Shown one piece after another: positions 17,447 through 26,942 of a stretch of DNA of 36,676 nt (its first letter is position 1; every line of letters starts with the position of its first letter). The DNA lies in IMG/VR virus record IMGVR_UViG_3300048599_000767, positions 1 through 36,676 of that record. One strand, written 5' to 3'. The notes under the pieces were generated by a model. It made no database searches. It was not told the origin of the DNA and was given only the letters and a program-made list of their open reading frames with translations. This stretch comes from a virus. Its lineage: Duplodnaviria; Caudoviricetes. The position numbers and the translations under genes were made by a program.

Positions 17447-17992
17447 TCAGAACACGAGCTCGACGGTCATCGACGCGGTGCTCGCGTTCGACGCGCCAGC
17501 CTTAGTGGCCTTCACGCGGACGTAACGCTTGGAGTCGATCGGCAATCGCACGTTGGCCGTCTTCGCCGCATCCCCCGCGCCGGCCGCGCCCGTTTGCAGG
17601 GCGATGCTACTGAGCAGGGTGCTGACGGTGCCGAAGGCGGGATCGTCGTCGTGTTCGACGTGGTAAGTGATGGTTTGCGTGTCGGCGAGCTGTCCGGTCG
17701 TCAACGCGGGGGCTGACAGTTTCAGCTCGAACTGAGCGAGCACGTCGCCGCGGCTGTCGTGGCCGAGGTCGAACCCATCGGTCACGGTGCTGTTCGCTCC
17801 GTTCGGCAAGGCCTTGGTTTGCTTCAGCTGGCCATCGGCCATCAGCAGGGCCATGCCAGCCATCCCGGCAGACCCCAGGCCGAAGCTGAAAGTCAGCCCG
17901 TCGCAAGCGCCGGCCACATAGGCGCAGCCCAGCAAAAAAAAAGCACAGGCCGCGATCAGGCCCGCCAGGATCAGTTTGTGAGGAGCACGCAT
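17447..17992 (-). CDS. Capsid cement/decoration protein (BPP-1 Bbp16-like) with possible hydrophobic N-terminal extension
   Basis: TDGFDLG...ITYHVEHDDDPAF...VRLPIDSKRYVRV; directly after the major capsid gene. Confidence 0.6.
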   Translation of the reverse strand: MRAPHKLILAGLIAACAFFLLGCAYVAGACDGLTFSFGLGSAGMAGMALLMADGQLKQTKALPNGANSTVTDGFDLGHDSRGDVLAQFELKLSAPALTTGQLADTQTITYHVEHDDDPAFGTVSTLLSSIALQTGAAGAGDAAKTANVRLPIDSKRYVRVKATKAGASNASTASMTVELVF

Positions 17993-18020
17993 GGGAGTCT
18001 CGCGAGATGAAGGGGAGCGG

Positions 18021-18036
18021 TGTTTCCGGGGAAACG
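18021..18036. promoter_or_regulatory. parS-like palindrome copy 4 (TGTTTCCGGGGAAACG)
   Basis: Intergenic, between capsid terminator and cement gene. Confidence 0.75.
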
Positions 18037-18057
18037 CAGGGATAACCCTCTACTGCC

Positions 18058-18084
18058 AAAAGCCAGCCCATTGCGGGGCTGGCT
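18058..18084 (-). terminator. Intrinsic terminator after major capsid gene
   Basis: AGCCAGCCC/GGGCTGGCT stem followed by TTTT on the - strand. Confidence 0.7.
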
Positions 18085-18122
18085 CGGAGATGATGCGATT
18101 GCGGTCAGCAGGGCGGCTGGGT

Positions 18123-19079
18123 TTAGTCCAGCGACTCGGTGTCCACGATCGAATCAGTCGGGATGAGAGGAATCCCCTCATACTCGGTTGGCGTGGGAGC
18201 TTCTGCCCCGGTCGCGTTGGTGGCCGTGCGGCTGGCGCGGAGTTGCTCAAGCGAGCGGCGCGACAGGAAGAAGCAATCCGGCACGTAGCCAGCCGGGTAC
18301 TTCGCGACCAACGAACCCATGAGCTTGTCGGTCAGCCCTTTGTTGGCATCCGCCGTCAGGTTGCGGATGCGGCCGATCGCGAACTTATTGAGCACCTGCA
18401 GGCCGGGATAGCCCAGCAATTCCTGCACGTACGCGGTGAAGCGATTGCCGGCTTCGTCGGGAACCGACTCCTCGCGGACGTCGCCCGTTTCGAGCGAGCC
18501 GTTCTCGCCCAGCACCCATTGCACGAACTTGGCCCCCCACTTCACGCCCCACACCGAGGATCCGGTGGAGGCCGTGGTTCCGGTGGCATCAACGACCATC
18601 GAAGGGTCAACCGAATCGATCAGGCCCGGGTGTCCCTTGGCATGGCCACCGTTGGCACGGCCGTAATAGAACTGCTTGGCCAGCGCCATGAATGCGGCTG
18701 CGGTTACCGCCTCCGCTTCCATCGCGATGTAGGCCTGCGGTCCATCTTCGTGAGAGTCGGCGACGGCTTTGTCGGCCTCCCAGCGGGCATTGAGGATGAA
18801 CGTCTCGACGTTCTTGTTCTGATGGGTGGACTTGCTCGCGGCGACACCCTGGTTGGCATCGCGGAAACCGGCCGTGGGCAAACCCGTCCGAATCAGCGTC
18901 TTGTAGGTCCGCCCCTTGATCGTGCGCGACGCGCCGACCATGGGCACCTGAATCGTCTTGCCCCGGAAATTCACTTTGCCGGTGAGTTCCGGCGTCTGCC
19001 GCGTGGCCTCGTCGACCAGGCCTGCGACCATGTCGGAGCCGTTCAGGATTGCCAGGTCGAGCAGCGTGGGAAGGGCCAT
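18123..19079 (-). CDS. Major capsid protein (epsilon15 gp7/BPP-1-like HK97 fold)
   Basis: RTGLPTAGFRDANQGVAASKST...EADKAVAD; C-terminal YEGIPLIPTDSI; GAGGA RBS. Confidence 0.88.
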   Translation of the reverse strand: MALPTLLDLAILNGSDMVAGLVDEATRQTPELTGKVNFRGKTIQVPMVGASRTIKGRTYKTLIRTGLPTAGFRDANQGVAASKSTHQNKNVETFILNARWEADKAVADSHEDGPQAYIAMEAEAVTAAAFMALAKQFYYGRANGGHAKGHPGLIDSVDPSMVVDATGTTASTGSSVWGVKWGAKFVQWVLGENGSLETGDVREESVPDEAGNRFTAYVQELLGYPGLQVLNKFAIGRIRNLTADANKGLTDKLMGSLVAKYPAGYVPDCFFLSRRSLEQLRASRTATNATGAEAPTPTEYEGIPLIPTDSIVDTESLD

Positions 19080-19164
19080 AGTTGCGAATCCTCAGGTTTC
19101 GTGATCAGACAGAAGCGGGACAAACGCCTGCGCTTCAGCAGGCCAGGGCGAGGGATGGTCGGGT

Positions 19165-20160
19165 TTAGTGTTTGCCGGGGAGCTTGATCCCTTCGGCGAT
19201 CTTGGCCGTGTTGTCGCCCAGGTGGGCGAACTTGCTGCGTTCCTTCGGAGGCGCGGTGTCACCGCCACCGCTGACGGGAGCGTCTTCGCCGCGAGGCACC
19301 GCCGCGAGCTTCGCCTTCAGCCCGGCAATCTCGTCGTCCTTGCCCTTGAGCTGTTCGCCGAACGCGGCCACATGCAGCTCCAGCGCCTCGGTGTAAGACT
19401 TGCCGGCCGTGAACCAGGCCGCGCCATTGGCCGCGCCGAACTTGTCGACGAACTTCTTCAGCTCGTCGCTGAGTTGCTGGCGATTGTCACCGGCAGCGGG
19501 AGCGGCAAGCTTCGTGGCCTCGGTGGCGGCAGGTTGGGCTGGGATCGCAGCGGTGGACATCGCGAGCTCCGTGGGGAGTTGAAAAAATGGGACTTCGACC
19601 TCGTCGGGAATTCCCCCGGCCGAGAACTGGCTGCTGGTGCGCGGGTCGTACCCATACGGGCAAACCGCGATGCCGCGAGTGGTCCACTTGCGGATGATCA
19701 GCGCCGGCCCCTCGAGGCTGTAGCCGTTGACTTGGGCAGATCCTCCCTGCAGCACTTCCTCGATCACTTGCGGATCGAAGAAAATCGACGACTCGTAGGG
19801 GATGCCGGCGTTGCCGCGCAGCATGACGTCCTCCGCACGGTCGCCTGGCTTGACGGAAACGATCTCGCCTTCGGCGTCGAGGCCCTCGTTGGAGGCGCTG
19901 AATTTGTTGAGATAACCCACGATCTCGCGTGGGTCGTGGCAGTAATCCGCAGGGATAGTCGGCTTGGCGGGAGAGAAGCCCGCCATGTCGTGAACCACTT
20001 TGCCCCAGTACCAATGGTGAATCGGATCGCCGCTGCGGGCTCGCATTTTCAGCGGGCCTTTCTTCGGATCAGCCTGCTCGCCAGCGGCGAATTGAAGTGG
20101 GCCGGTGCTCAGGCAGAGCGCTGCGCCGGGAACTTTGCGAGTTGTCGTCGCGGTGCTCAT
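19165..20160 (-). CDS. Prohead protease / scaffold protein
   Basis: Between portal and capsid; DYCHD...IVGY, YESSI, IAVCPYGYD..TS motifs; helical C-terminal scaffold. Confidence 0.75.
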   Translation of the reverse strand: MSTATTTRKVPGAALCLSTGPLQFAAGEQADPKKGPLKMRARSGDPIHHWYWGKVVHDMAGFSPAKPTIPADYCHDPREIVGYLNKFSASNEGLDAEGEIVSVKPGDRAEDVMLRGNAGIPYESSIFFDPQVIEEVLQGGSAQVNGYSLEGPALIIRKWTTRGIAVCPYGYDPRTSSQFSAGGIPDEVEVPFFQLPTELAMSTAAIPAQPAATEATKLAAPAAGDNRQQLSDELKKFVDKFGAANGAAWFTAGKSYTEALELHVAAFGEQLKGKDDEIAGLKAKLAAVPRGEDAPVSGGGDTAPPKERSKFAHLGDNTAKIAEGIKLPGKH

Positions 20161-21614
20161 TCGGCCTTCTTCTCGGGGGGCTTCTTCTTGGCGTCTTTAC
20201 CAGACTCGTGCTTTTCTGGTTCGTCCGGAGGCATAAGCCCCGGCACGAAACTCAGCGGCACTTGCTTTCCACGAGCGTATTCGATCGCTTCCGCAATTCG
20301 GTCAATGTTGTCGTACCAATCGCCCCGGCCACGTTCCTTCGTGATCCGCTGCGGATTGTCCAGGCCGGCCCCGATCGCCAGGAGATCGCCGTTGATTTCC
20401 TTGGCCGGATCCCACCACGGCATGCCGACCGGCACCCACTCCCATTGCAGGTCACTGATGTTGGTGCCGGCCGGGAGCCGCAGATCTCCGTCGAGCAGGA
20501 ACAGCATCAATCGCCAGATGGTCAATCGGCGGAGCAGCTCCTGCAGGCGTTCCCGTTTGTCGTGACACGAGCGCTCGTAGTGCAGCCAAGCGCCGCGGCT
20601 GCCGAAGAAGTTCGTGTGCGACTCGTCGAAAAAGCTGAAGGGAATATCGAGGGCCTTCAGCGCGACCATGATCATCAGGTTCGAGAAGTCCTGAAACTGA
20701 GTCGACGGCGTGGCCGACTCGAGCATCCGCGCATCGTCGCCCGGCTCCATGTCGAGGAACACGGGACCTTTCCCGAAGTTGACTGCGTACTCGCTGCGCT
20801 TTTTGTTGGGGTCATCGTTGGTCGTTTCGGCTGCCGCGTCGAGTCCCTTGCGCAGCACCAGGAAGGCGAAGAGCTGGCTGACCTTGGCTTTCGCCAGGGC
20901 ATAGTCGAAACCTTCATACACATCCCGCAGCGGATTGAGCGCCGGTGCCAGAGGGCTGATGCCACGGACCTGGTCACATGCCTCGAAGTAACCGTGGAGG
21001 CAGAGATTGTTGGCCGGGATCACGCGCTCGAACTGCAGCCCATGCTTGGTTCGCTTGTGTACGGCGTAGGCAAGCGCCCGGTTATAGTCGTTCACCTTGA
21101 CCCCATGCCGCCAGGTGCCATCCAGGGCGATGCCATTGGGATCCCGAATGCGGTCTGACATCAGCGCCTGCAGATTGCCGGCACCCAGCTTCACCAGGCC
21201 GTGATCGCCATAGACCACGGAATGTGCCTCGGTCATCCGGATCATGCGCGGGAAGGAATGCCGTGCCGCGACGTCGCAGTTATATGGCCGGAACCATTGG
21301 TTCATCAGATACTCGATCTCTCCGTCGAGCTGCTGATTCCCGGTCCGCGAGTGAAACTGAAAACTCGAAACGTAATCGAGGTGCCGCCGCACGGCCCAAC
21401 CGGCGATCGAGAAATTGCGCTGGATGTCCGCAGAGTTCGCCTGCAGCTTGCCGCGCTTCGCTCGATCGAGAACTTCGTCCTCGCTGCGAGTGTTGATGGG
21501 AATCGACTTGCGCTTCCCCTTTGGCTCGGTGGCATCGTACGAAAGCGCGTTCGCGGCGCTGGCGGCGAGCGCTGCCACGCCGCGGGCCGCTGAGGAAAGC
21601 AGTCGGCGCACCAT
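20157..21614 (-). CDS. Portal protein, lambda family
   Basis: RNFSIAG, QVRGISPLAPAL, NFFGSR, WWDPAKEING motifs. Confidence 0.9.
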   Translation of the reverse strand: MVRRLLSSAARGVAALAASAANALSYDATEPKGKRKSIPINTRSEDEVLDRAKRGKLQANSADIQRNFSIAGWAVRRHLDYVSSFQFHSRTGNQQLDGEIEYLMNQWFRPYNCDVAARHSFPRMIRMTEAHSVVYGDHGLVKLGAGNLQALMSDRIRDPNGIALDGTWRHGVKVNDYNRALAYAVHKRTKHGLQFERVIPANNLCLHGYFEACDQVRGISPLAPALNPLRDVYEGFDYALAKAKVSQLFAFLVLRKGLDAAAETTNDDPNKKRSEYAVNFGKGPVFLDMEPGDDARMLESATPSTQFQDFSNLMIMVALKALDIPFSFFDESHTNFFGSRGAWLHYERSCHDKRERLQELLRRLTIWRLMLFLLDGDLRLPAGTNISDLQWEWVPVGMPWWDPAKEINGDLLAIGAGLDNPQRITKERGRGDWYDNIDRIAEAIEYARGKQVPLSFVPGLMPPDEPEKHESGKDAKKKPPEKKAE

Positions 21615-21617
21615 CGG

Positions 21618-21815
21618 TTAGAATCCGCCCAGGTAGATGCTGCTGGCGATCGGACGTCGCCCTTGCTCGCTGTCATCCTCGGCGATCAGCTGCCGAAGCT
21701 CCGTCCGCAGGGAGTCGTGATCGAACGAGGTGGTTTGCCCGTCCGTGGTCACGGACGTTACACCAGACGCGAGCAAGTCGCGGATTTGCCGGATGCGTTC
21801 GGAGTTGTCAGCCAT
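21618..21815 (-). CDS. gpW-like head-tail joining protein
   Basis: SGVTSVTTDGQTTSFD..SLR; 65 aa directly before portal. Confidence 0.75.
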   Translation of the reverse strand: MADNSERIRQIRDLLASGVTSVTTDGQTTSFDHDSLRTELRQLIAEDDSEQGRRPIASSIYLGGF

Positions 21816-21851
21816 GCCACCACGTTAGGCGACAGCTTCCGCAAACCGGTG

Positions 21852-22068
21852 CTAAAAGCGGTGCGTCACCACGCGGACGCCGAAGCTTTCGCGGGAACCG
21901 ACCTCTTCGCGGACGTCGACGCGCTTGTACGTGAGGCAACTCCTGCAGAAGTAGACATCCTGGATGCGCCAGACCGGGTTACGATCCGCACTCACGTTGA
22001 TTTCTTCGGAGCGGAGGAACTCAAACTGGTGTACACAGTTAGCCACGGGAGGGGGCGGCGGGTTCATG
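21852..22068 (-). CDS. Hypothetical protein with CxH/CxxC motifs (start uncertain)
   Basis: ORF in operon; CVHQF...FCRSC. Confidence 0.45.
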
Positions 22069-22284
22069 CGTTGCTCCGAGCTTGCGGGAAGGGGGCACGA
22101 AACGATTGCTACGAGGACCGACTGGCGCACCGGTCAGCTGCCACGCAAACCACGCGAGCAGGGCCACGACCAACCAGGCCCCGGCCTCGCGCTGGGCACC
22201 AACGGCCCCGCAGATCAGGAACAGCAACGTTGCGGCCACGCCGACAAAGCCAACGCCCCACGAGCAAAGAACTTCGATGTTCAT
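22039..22284 (-). CDS. Small two-TM membrane protein
   Basis: Two hydrophobic segments. Confidence 0.5.
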   Translation of the reverse strand: MNIEVLCSWGVGFVGVAATLLFLICGAVGAQREAGAWLVVALLAWFAWQLTGAPVGPRSNRFVPPSRKLGATHEPAAPSRG

Positions 22285-22287
22285 GTG

Positions 22288-22542
22288 TCACTCGTAGCTG
22301 CGATCGATTCGATGCTGCCCGCAATCCCGACACCGCACACGCTGCCGCACGATCACGGAGTACTCGAGTCCGGTGTTGTAACCACGGTGCTGCTGCTGAT
22401 GCTCGTTGCCAATTCGCTCCGCCGGCGTCGTACTGCCGCACATTGGGCAGCTTGACACAGGCTCCGCCGTGGAACGTTCTGCAGTAGCCTGGGGAGCGGC
22501 GATCGCGGCCGCGGGCGTTCGCGTGGGTTTCTTTTTGCTCAC
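22288..22542 (-). CDS. Zinc-ribbon protein
   Basis: CPMCGST...RCRDCGQ; GAGAGG RBS region; follows terminase. Confidence 0.7.
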   Translation of the reverse strand: MSKKKPTRTPAAAIAAPQATAERSTAEPVSSCPMCGSTTPAERIGNEHQQQHRGYNTGLEYSVIVRQRVRCRDCGQHRIDRSYE

Positions 22543-22554
22543 AATGATTGCCTC

Positions 22555-24942
22555 TCAAAACACGTCGTAACGAACATTCTGCCGTGGGGCCTGGGGTGGC
22601 TCGGGACGTTGTACCCTGACGAGTTCGCTGCAGCCCAGCATCGAAGCGCCCACGGCGCAGCCGACAAGTCCATCCAGGATGTGGTTGTCGGGCCGGCCTG
22701 GCTTGACCTTCCACACGTCGACGCTGCGCCCATCCTTCTCGTTCCGGAGTTTGTTGCAGGTTTCCGCCGTGGCGTGGGCTGCCAGCATCCGGTGGTCTGT
22801 CCCCTTCTCGCCAAACAGCGTGAGCGCTCCATCAGAACCCAGGGCTAACGCAAATCGATCGCGGATGAATGACTTCCAGTAGTTCGTGTCGATCGTCACG
22901 AAGCGGACGGCATGCTTCTGATTGCGGGCGGAGAGCCAGTGGTCACCCAACCGATCGCCAGGTTTCACGGCGTACTTATACATGGGGCGATCCGCCGGAC
23001 CGATACCTTTACCCTGGCTCGGTTGGACGATGCCGGCATGGGGCGACGTACGGCAGACCGTCGCAATCGTCTCAGTGAGCTGGCCGTCTTTCGCGTCAAT
23101 CAGCAGCTTGCCCAGCTTCAGGGGCGTTCCCGATTCGTGGGCCCACTGAGTGGTCACGAGCTGCTCAATGAGCGCCATTAGCCCCGCCTGGATCGTCGCC
23201 TTCAGTCCTCCCTTGGGATACAGCTTCTGCAGCGTGTTGCGCGCCTCACGAAGCGTGAAGTAAGCGCGCAGCTGGTCGGGGAACGTCCCGTAGTCGATGA
23301 CCGTCCCGGTGAAATTGTCGCTCCAAGCGATGACGACGAAATACAGCAGCTTGTGCTGCACGTCGATGAACGCCGAGACGTGCGACGTCGCGAGGGGACA
23401 CACGCGCCGCTTGAGCCCGCTGGTGCGGATCTCGATCTCCGAGGGCTTGAGCGCCCGGTTGTCTTCGTCATCCGCCACGCGCGGCGAGTTCTGATACTCG
23501 GCGTCGAAGATCAGCGGCCGCGTGATCTTCAGATTGTAGGCGTGCTGCAGAGCGCTGAGTTCATGCTTCTTGAACCTGGCCGGCCAGGCCACGCGGCTGC
23601 CGGCATCCATCTCCTTCCGGTGCTTCTTATAGAACGCCGTCGCGCGTTTGTGCTGGCGATCGCCGGCGCGGAGATCTGCGATCAGGAGCTCCGCATACTC
23701 CTCCCACAGCTTCGCCGCTGTCGGCCACTCGTAGACGAGCTTGGTGATCTCCCCCTGCCACTCAGCGCTGCCGTCGCGTTCTCGGTTCAGCACCTCGTCC
23801 GCCATGTCCCCGCGTTGGATGATGGTGCACGGCATGAATGCCGCGATCGACTTGTTGGGCCCGGCCAGACCGAGAATGGCGCCGGTCACCACGGCCAACC
23901 GCTTCTTGCATTGGTTCTCACTCTTCGCCGACTCGTCGGTCTGCGGATCGTCCACGATGGCCAGGTCGGGGCGTGCGATCTCGCCGTCCGGCCGCTTGAA
24001 CTTCATGCCGCGCACGCGGCCGAGGATGCCACGCGCGCGAATGATCGCCCCGCTGGCCTGGCTACCGGCGACGGTCGGCAGCACGATCGTGGATCCCGCC
24101 CACTGGATGTGAGTGCGCTCGCCGGCGAAGAGCTGCCCCTTGCACCGATTGTTGATTCCCTCGAGGGCCTGGATCGGGAGGCATACTTCGGGGAAGTCGG
24201 CGGCGAGCAGCTCGTTCGTTTCGAACTCCCCTTTGACCGACTCCATCATTTCGTCCGCGTGCTCCTTGCTCGCGCCGATGAGCGCCACGAATTTGCGCCG
24301 GCCGGTCACACAGGCCCAGATCACCAGGCACTCGCAGATTGTGGTTTTGCCGCTGCCGCGCGGCATGGCGAAGGCCTTCAGGCCGCCGACCTCGCCGACG
24401 ACCACCTGCATCTCTGCCACGAGCCGCAGGTGGTCCGGGCTGAAGGCGAGGGGGAACCGCTCCGGAAAGTACGCTTCCAGGAAGAAAGCAAAGTCGTCGA
24501 CGGCGCGTCGACGGCGCTCCGGATCCGCCGGTCCAGGCATCGAGTCGCAGCCCAGCACCTGCAGCACGTCACGGCCGCTGCGGCTATTGCCGGCGTTGCG
24601 TTCTCGCTCGCGTTCCTTTTTCGCCTCGTAGGCGTCCCCGAACGACAACGTGGGGGAGCGTGTTTCCGGGGAAACGCGTTCCGCCGGCGACGGCCGTGGC
24701 CGCTGGTCAACGAGCCAGGCCGCGTAGCGGACCAGGTCAATCGTCTTCCCGTCGCCGATCCGGAGGCCTGCCCGCGTGCGATGGGCGCGCAGCTTCCGGT
24801 CGGTCAGCACGTTGCCCAGCGGGGTGCTATTGAGGATCCGGCACAGCTGGCCGGGTTTCAGTTTTCGGGGATCGTCTGCCACGTGCGACACAATCGCTAC
24901 AAGCGCCTCGGTTAGCGCGGCGAGTTGGTCTTTGCGCCCCAT
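22555..24942 (-). CDS. Terminase large subunit (GpA-type nuclease) with N-terminal HTH-like extension
   Basis: Walker A MPRGSGKTT, Walker B AIVDDPQ, C-terminal DNHILDGLVG; start uncertain (24942 or 24969). Confidence 0.92.
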   Translation of the reverse strand: MGRKDQLAALTEALVAIVSHVADDPRKLKPGQLCRILNSTPLGNVLTDRKLRAHRTRAGLRIGDGKTIDLVRYAAWLVDQRPRPSPAERVSPETRSPTLSFGDAYEAKKERERERNAGNSRSGRDVLQVLGCDSMPGPADPERRRRAVDDFAFFLEAYFPERFPLAFSPDHLRLVAEMQVVVGEVGGLKAFAMPRGSGKTTICECLVIWACVTGRRKFVALIGASKEHADEMMESVKGEFETNELLAADFPEVCLPIQALEGINNRCKGQLFAGERTHIQWAGSTIVLPTVAGSQASGAIIRARGILGRVRGMKFKRPDGEIARPDLAIVDDPQTDESAKSENQCKKRLAVVTGAILGLAGPNKSIAAFMPCTIIQRGDMADEVLNRERDGSAEWQGEITKLVYEWPTAAKLWEEYAELLIADLRAGDRQHKRATAFYKKHRKEMDAGSRVAWPARFKKHELSALQHAYNLKITRPLIFDAEYQNSPRVADDEDNRALKPSEIEIRTSGLKRRVCPLATSHVSAFIDVQHKLLYFVVIAWSDNFTGTVIDYGTFPDQLRAYFTLREARNTLQKLYPKGGLKATIQAGLMALIEQLVTTQWAHESGTPLKLGKLLIDAKDGQLTETIATVCRTSPHAGIVQPSQGKGIGPADRPMYKYAVKPGDRLGDHWLSARNQKHAVRFVTIDTNYWKSFIRDRFALALGSDGALTLFGEKGTDHRMLAAHATAETCNKLRNEKDGRSVDVWKVKPGRPDNHILDGLVGCAVGASMLGCSELVRVQRPEPPQAPRQNVRYDVF
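24661..24676. promoter_or_regulatory. parS-like palindrome copy 5 (TGTTTCCGGGGAAACG)
   Basis: Inside a linker-like part of the terminase gene (RVSPETR). Confidence 0.7.
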
Positions 24943-25028
24943 TCGGGAGACGTCCTCCGCAGCGCGCACGCGAAGCCGGAACTAGGTTTTCGCTAGCCAT
25001 GGCGCTGCTTGGTTCAGCGTGGTGGTCA

Positions 25029-25069
25029 GGTGACCGGTCGGGTTCCAGCCCGGCCGGTCACCGCTTTTT
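25029..25069 (+). terminator. Terminator-like hairpin oriented antisense to the late operon
   Basis: 15-bp stem 25029-25043/25048-25062 with two G-U pairs valid only on the + strand, followed by GCTTTTT. Confidence 0.55.
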
Positions 25070-25253
25070 AATCGACTTGTTCGGCAAGCCAGGCGGTGTA
25101 ATGCACCAGGTGCATGGTGCCGTCGGCATTTGTGGGAGCTCCCTCGGCGATGTCCCGGCGCACGTCCGCTTCAGTCACTTTGTTGCCGCCGGCCTTGGCC
25201 AGAACCGTGACGAGCTGCTGCGGCGTGAGGGCCGCGGGGTTGATGGCCATCAC
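25068..25253 (-). CDS. Small HTH protein, probable terminase small subunit
   Basis: NPAALTPQQL...GAPTNADGTMHLVHYTAWL; immediately upstream of the large subunit. Confidence 0.65.
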   Translation of the reverse strand: MMAINPAALTPQQLVTVLAKAGGNKVTEADVRRDIAEGAPTNADGTMHLVHYTAWLAEQVD

Positions 25254-26782
25254 GCGCTACGCTTTCGCTTCTTCGCCTTTACCGCAATCTCGATGTGGGC
25301 CTTCCCCGCCTTGACGGCCGCGACGCGCTTCGCCTTCTGGCCGGTGAATTTCTCCCAGCGTTCGACGATGACGTCGCAGTAAAGCGGATCCAGCTCCATG
25401 AGGAACGCCGATCGCCCGGCCTGCTCGGCCGCGATCAGCGTCGAGCCGCTGCCGCCGAATAGATCGAGCACGTGCTCACCTGGCCGTGACGAGTACTGCA
25501 TCGCGCGAATGGCGAGCTCGACGGGCTTCTCCGTGAGATGCACCATCTTCTGCGATGCCACTTTGCGCACCCGCCACACATCGGTGACCGCTTCGCTGCC
25601 GTGGATCGTGACGCCTTCCTTGCCGACAGGCATCGTCCGGAGTTTATCGCGCAGCGGCGGGGAGACTTCCAGCCGCGAACCGTCCTCCGCCTCGAGGCGC
25701 AGCCCCTTGCCGAGAATCGTTTCACCTGAGGTGATGCGCTGCAGCTGCCAGACGTCGGGCAGATTGGCCGGTCCGAAGAATCGATGCGCGGCCCCTTCGC
25801 GCCATCCATAGAAACACCACTCGTGGTCACCCATGAAGTCCTTGCGCGTGAGGACGGGGTGATCCTTCACCCAGATGATCGCCTGAGAAAAGTACATTCC
25901 CGCAGCCTTCAGGGGCGCGGGGTAGTTCGCGGCATTGGCATAGCCGCCCCAAATATAGAACGCGTGACCAGGCAGCAGCACCCGGGCCATGTTGCCGAAC
26001 CACGCACTGAGCAGCTCGTCGAACTTGCCGTCGCTCACGAAGTCATTCGCCAGCGGCCGATCCTTCGCGCGGAGCTTCGCGGCGGTCGGCTTGCTCTTCC
26101 CCTTCCGCGCGGCGTCGAAGGTCTGATGATTCCCCGCGCCGGCGAAGGAACTGAGACCCGCCGCGATCGCGTTGTTGCTGCGAGGTTCGACCTTCACGTT
26201 GTACGGCGGGTCGCTGTTGACCAGGTGAATCGGTGCGCCGTCGAGCAATCGATCGAGGTCCGCCGGCGAACTCGAGTCGCCGCAGAACAGACGATGGTTG
26301 CCGAGGATCCAAAGGTCACCGGGCTGAGTTGTCGCGGCGTCAGGCGGCGCAGGTACCAGATCGGGATCGGTGAGGCCCTCGGCAATCTGGTCGCTGAAGA
26401 TCTCCGCCAGGTCCTCGGCCGAGAAACCCAACGATGAGATGTCGAACTCGGACTGCTGCAGGTCGACGAGTTCCATCGGGAGCAGGTTGTAATCCCACTC
26501 GGCGAGTTCGGCCGTCTTGTTGTCCGCGAGACGATACGCCTTCACCTGGTCGGGCGTGAGCTCGCGCGCCACGTGGACCGGAACCTTCGAGAGCTTCAGC
26601 TCGAGCGCGGCTTTGTAGCACGTGTGACCGCAGATGATGACGCCGTCAACGTCGACGACGATCGGCTTTCGAAACCCGAACTGCTTGATCGAAGCCGCCA
26701 CGCCGGCGACGGCCTGGTCGTTAATGCGGGGATTGCGTTCGTAAGGGCGGATCGAATCGATCGAGCGAAGGTCAATTTTCAT
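25250..26782 (-). CDS. ParB-N domain / DNA amino-methyltransferase (N6A/N4C, beta class) fusion
   Basis: PYERNPR...SIKQFGF...ADNK; motif IV SDPPY before motif I DLFGGSGST. Confidence 0.92.
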   Translation of the reverse strand: MKIDLRSIDSIRPYERNPRINDQAVAGVAASIKQFGFRKPIVVDVDGVIICGHTCYKAALELKLSKVPVHVARELTPDQVKAYRLADNKTAELAEWDYNLLPMELVDLQQSEFDISSLGFSAEDLAEIFSDQIAEGLTDPDLVPAPPDAATTQPGDLWILGNHRLFCGDSSSPADLDRLLDGAPIHLVNSDPPYNVKVEPRSNNAIAAGLSSFAGAGNHQTFDAARKGKSKPTAAKLRAKDRPLANDFVSDGKFDELLSAWFGNMARVLLPGHAFYIWGGYANAANYPAPLKAAGMYFSQAIIWVKDHPVLTRKDFMGDHEWCFYGWREGAAHRFFGPANLPDVWQLQRITSGETILGKGLRLEAEDGSRLEVSPPLRDKLRTMPVGKEGVTIHGSEAVTDVWRVRKVASQKMVHLTEKPVELAIRAMQYSSRPGEHVLDLFGGSGSTLIAAEQAGRSAFLMELDPLYCDVIVERWEKFTGQKAKRVAAVKAGKAHIEIAVKAKKRKRSA

Positions 26783-26821
26783 TTTTTTCACCGGCAACCA
26801 ACTGTGTCTCTGTATGCGACT

Positions 26822-26863
26822 GTTCCCTACGGGGGCGCGCGCGGGAAGTCAAATGTAGTACCT
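26822..26863 (-). other. Candidate cos (packaging) region
   Basis: Non-coding gap upstream of packaging genes; cosQ-like AGGTACT followed by TTCCC...GGGAA dyad around a GC-rich core. Confidence 0.35.
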
Positions 26864-26942
26864 ACTGGCTGGCTAGCACTGCCAGATTGGCAGCGAGCCG
26901 GGGGACGGTGGCGGGGCTGCCAACGTGGTAGCCCCCAAGGGG

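Noticed and set aside
17991-24915. Long + strand ORFs (17991-19187, 19168-20565, 20097-21158, 23353-24915)
   Set aside because: Antisense shadows of the capsid, protease, portal and terminase genes
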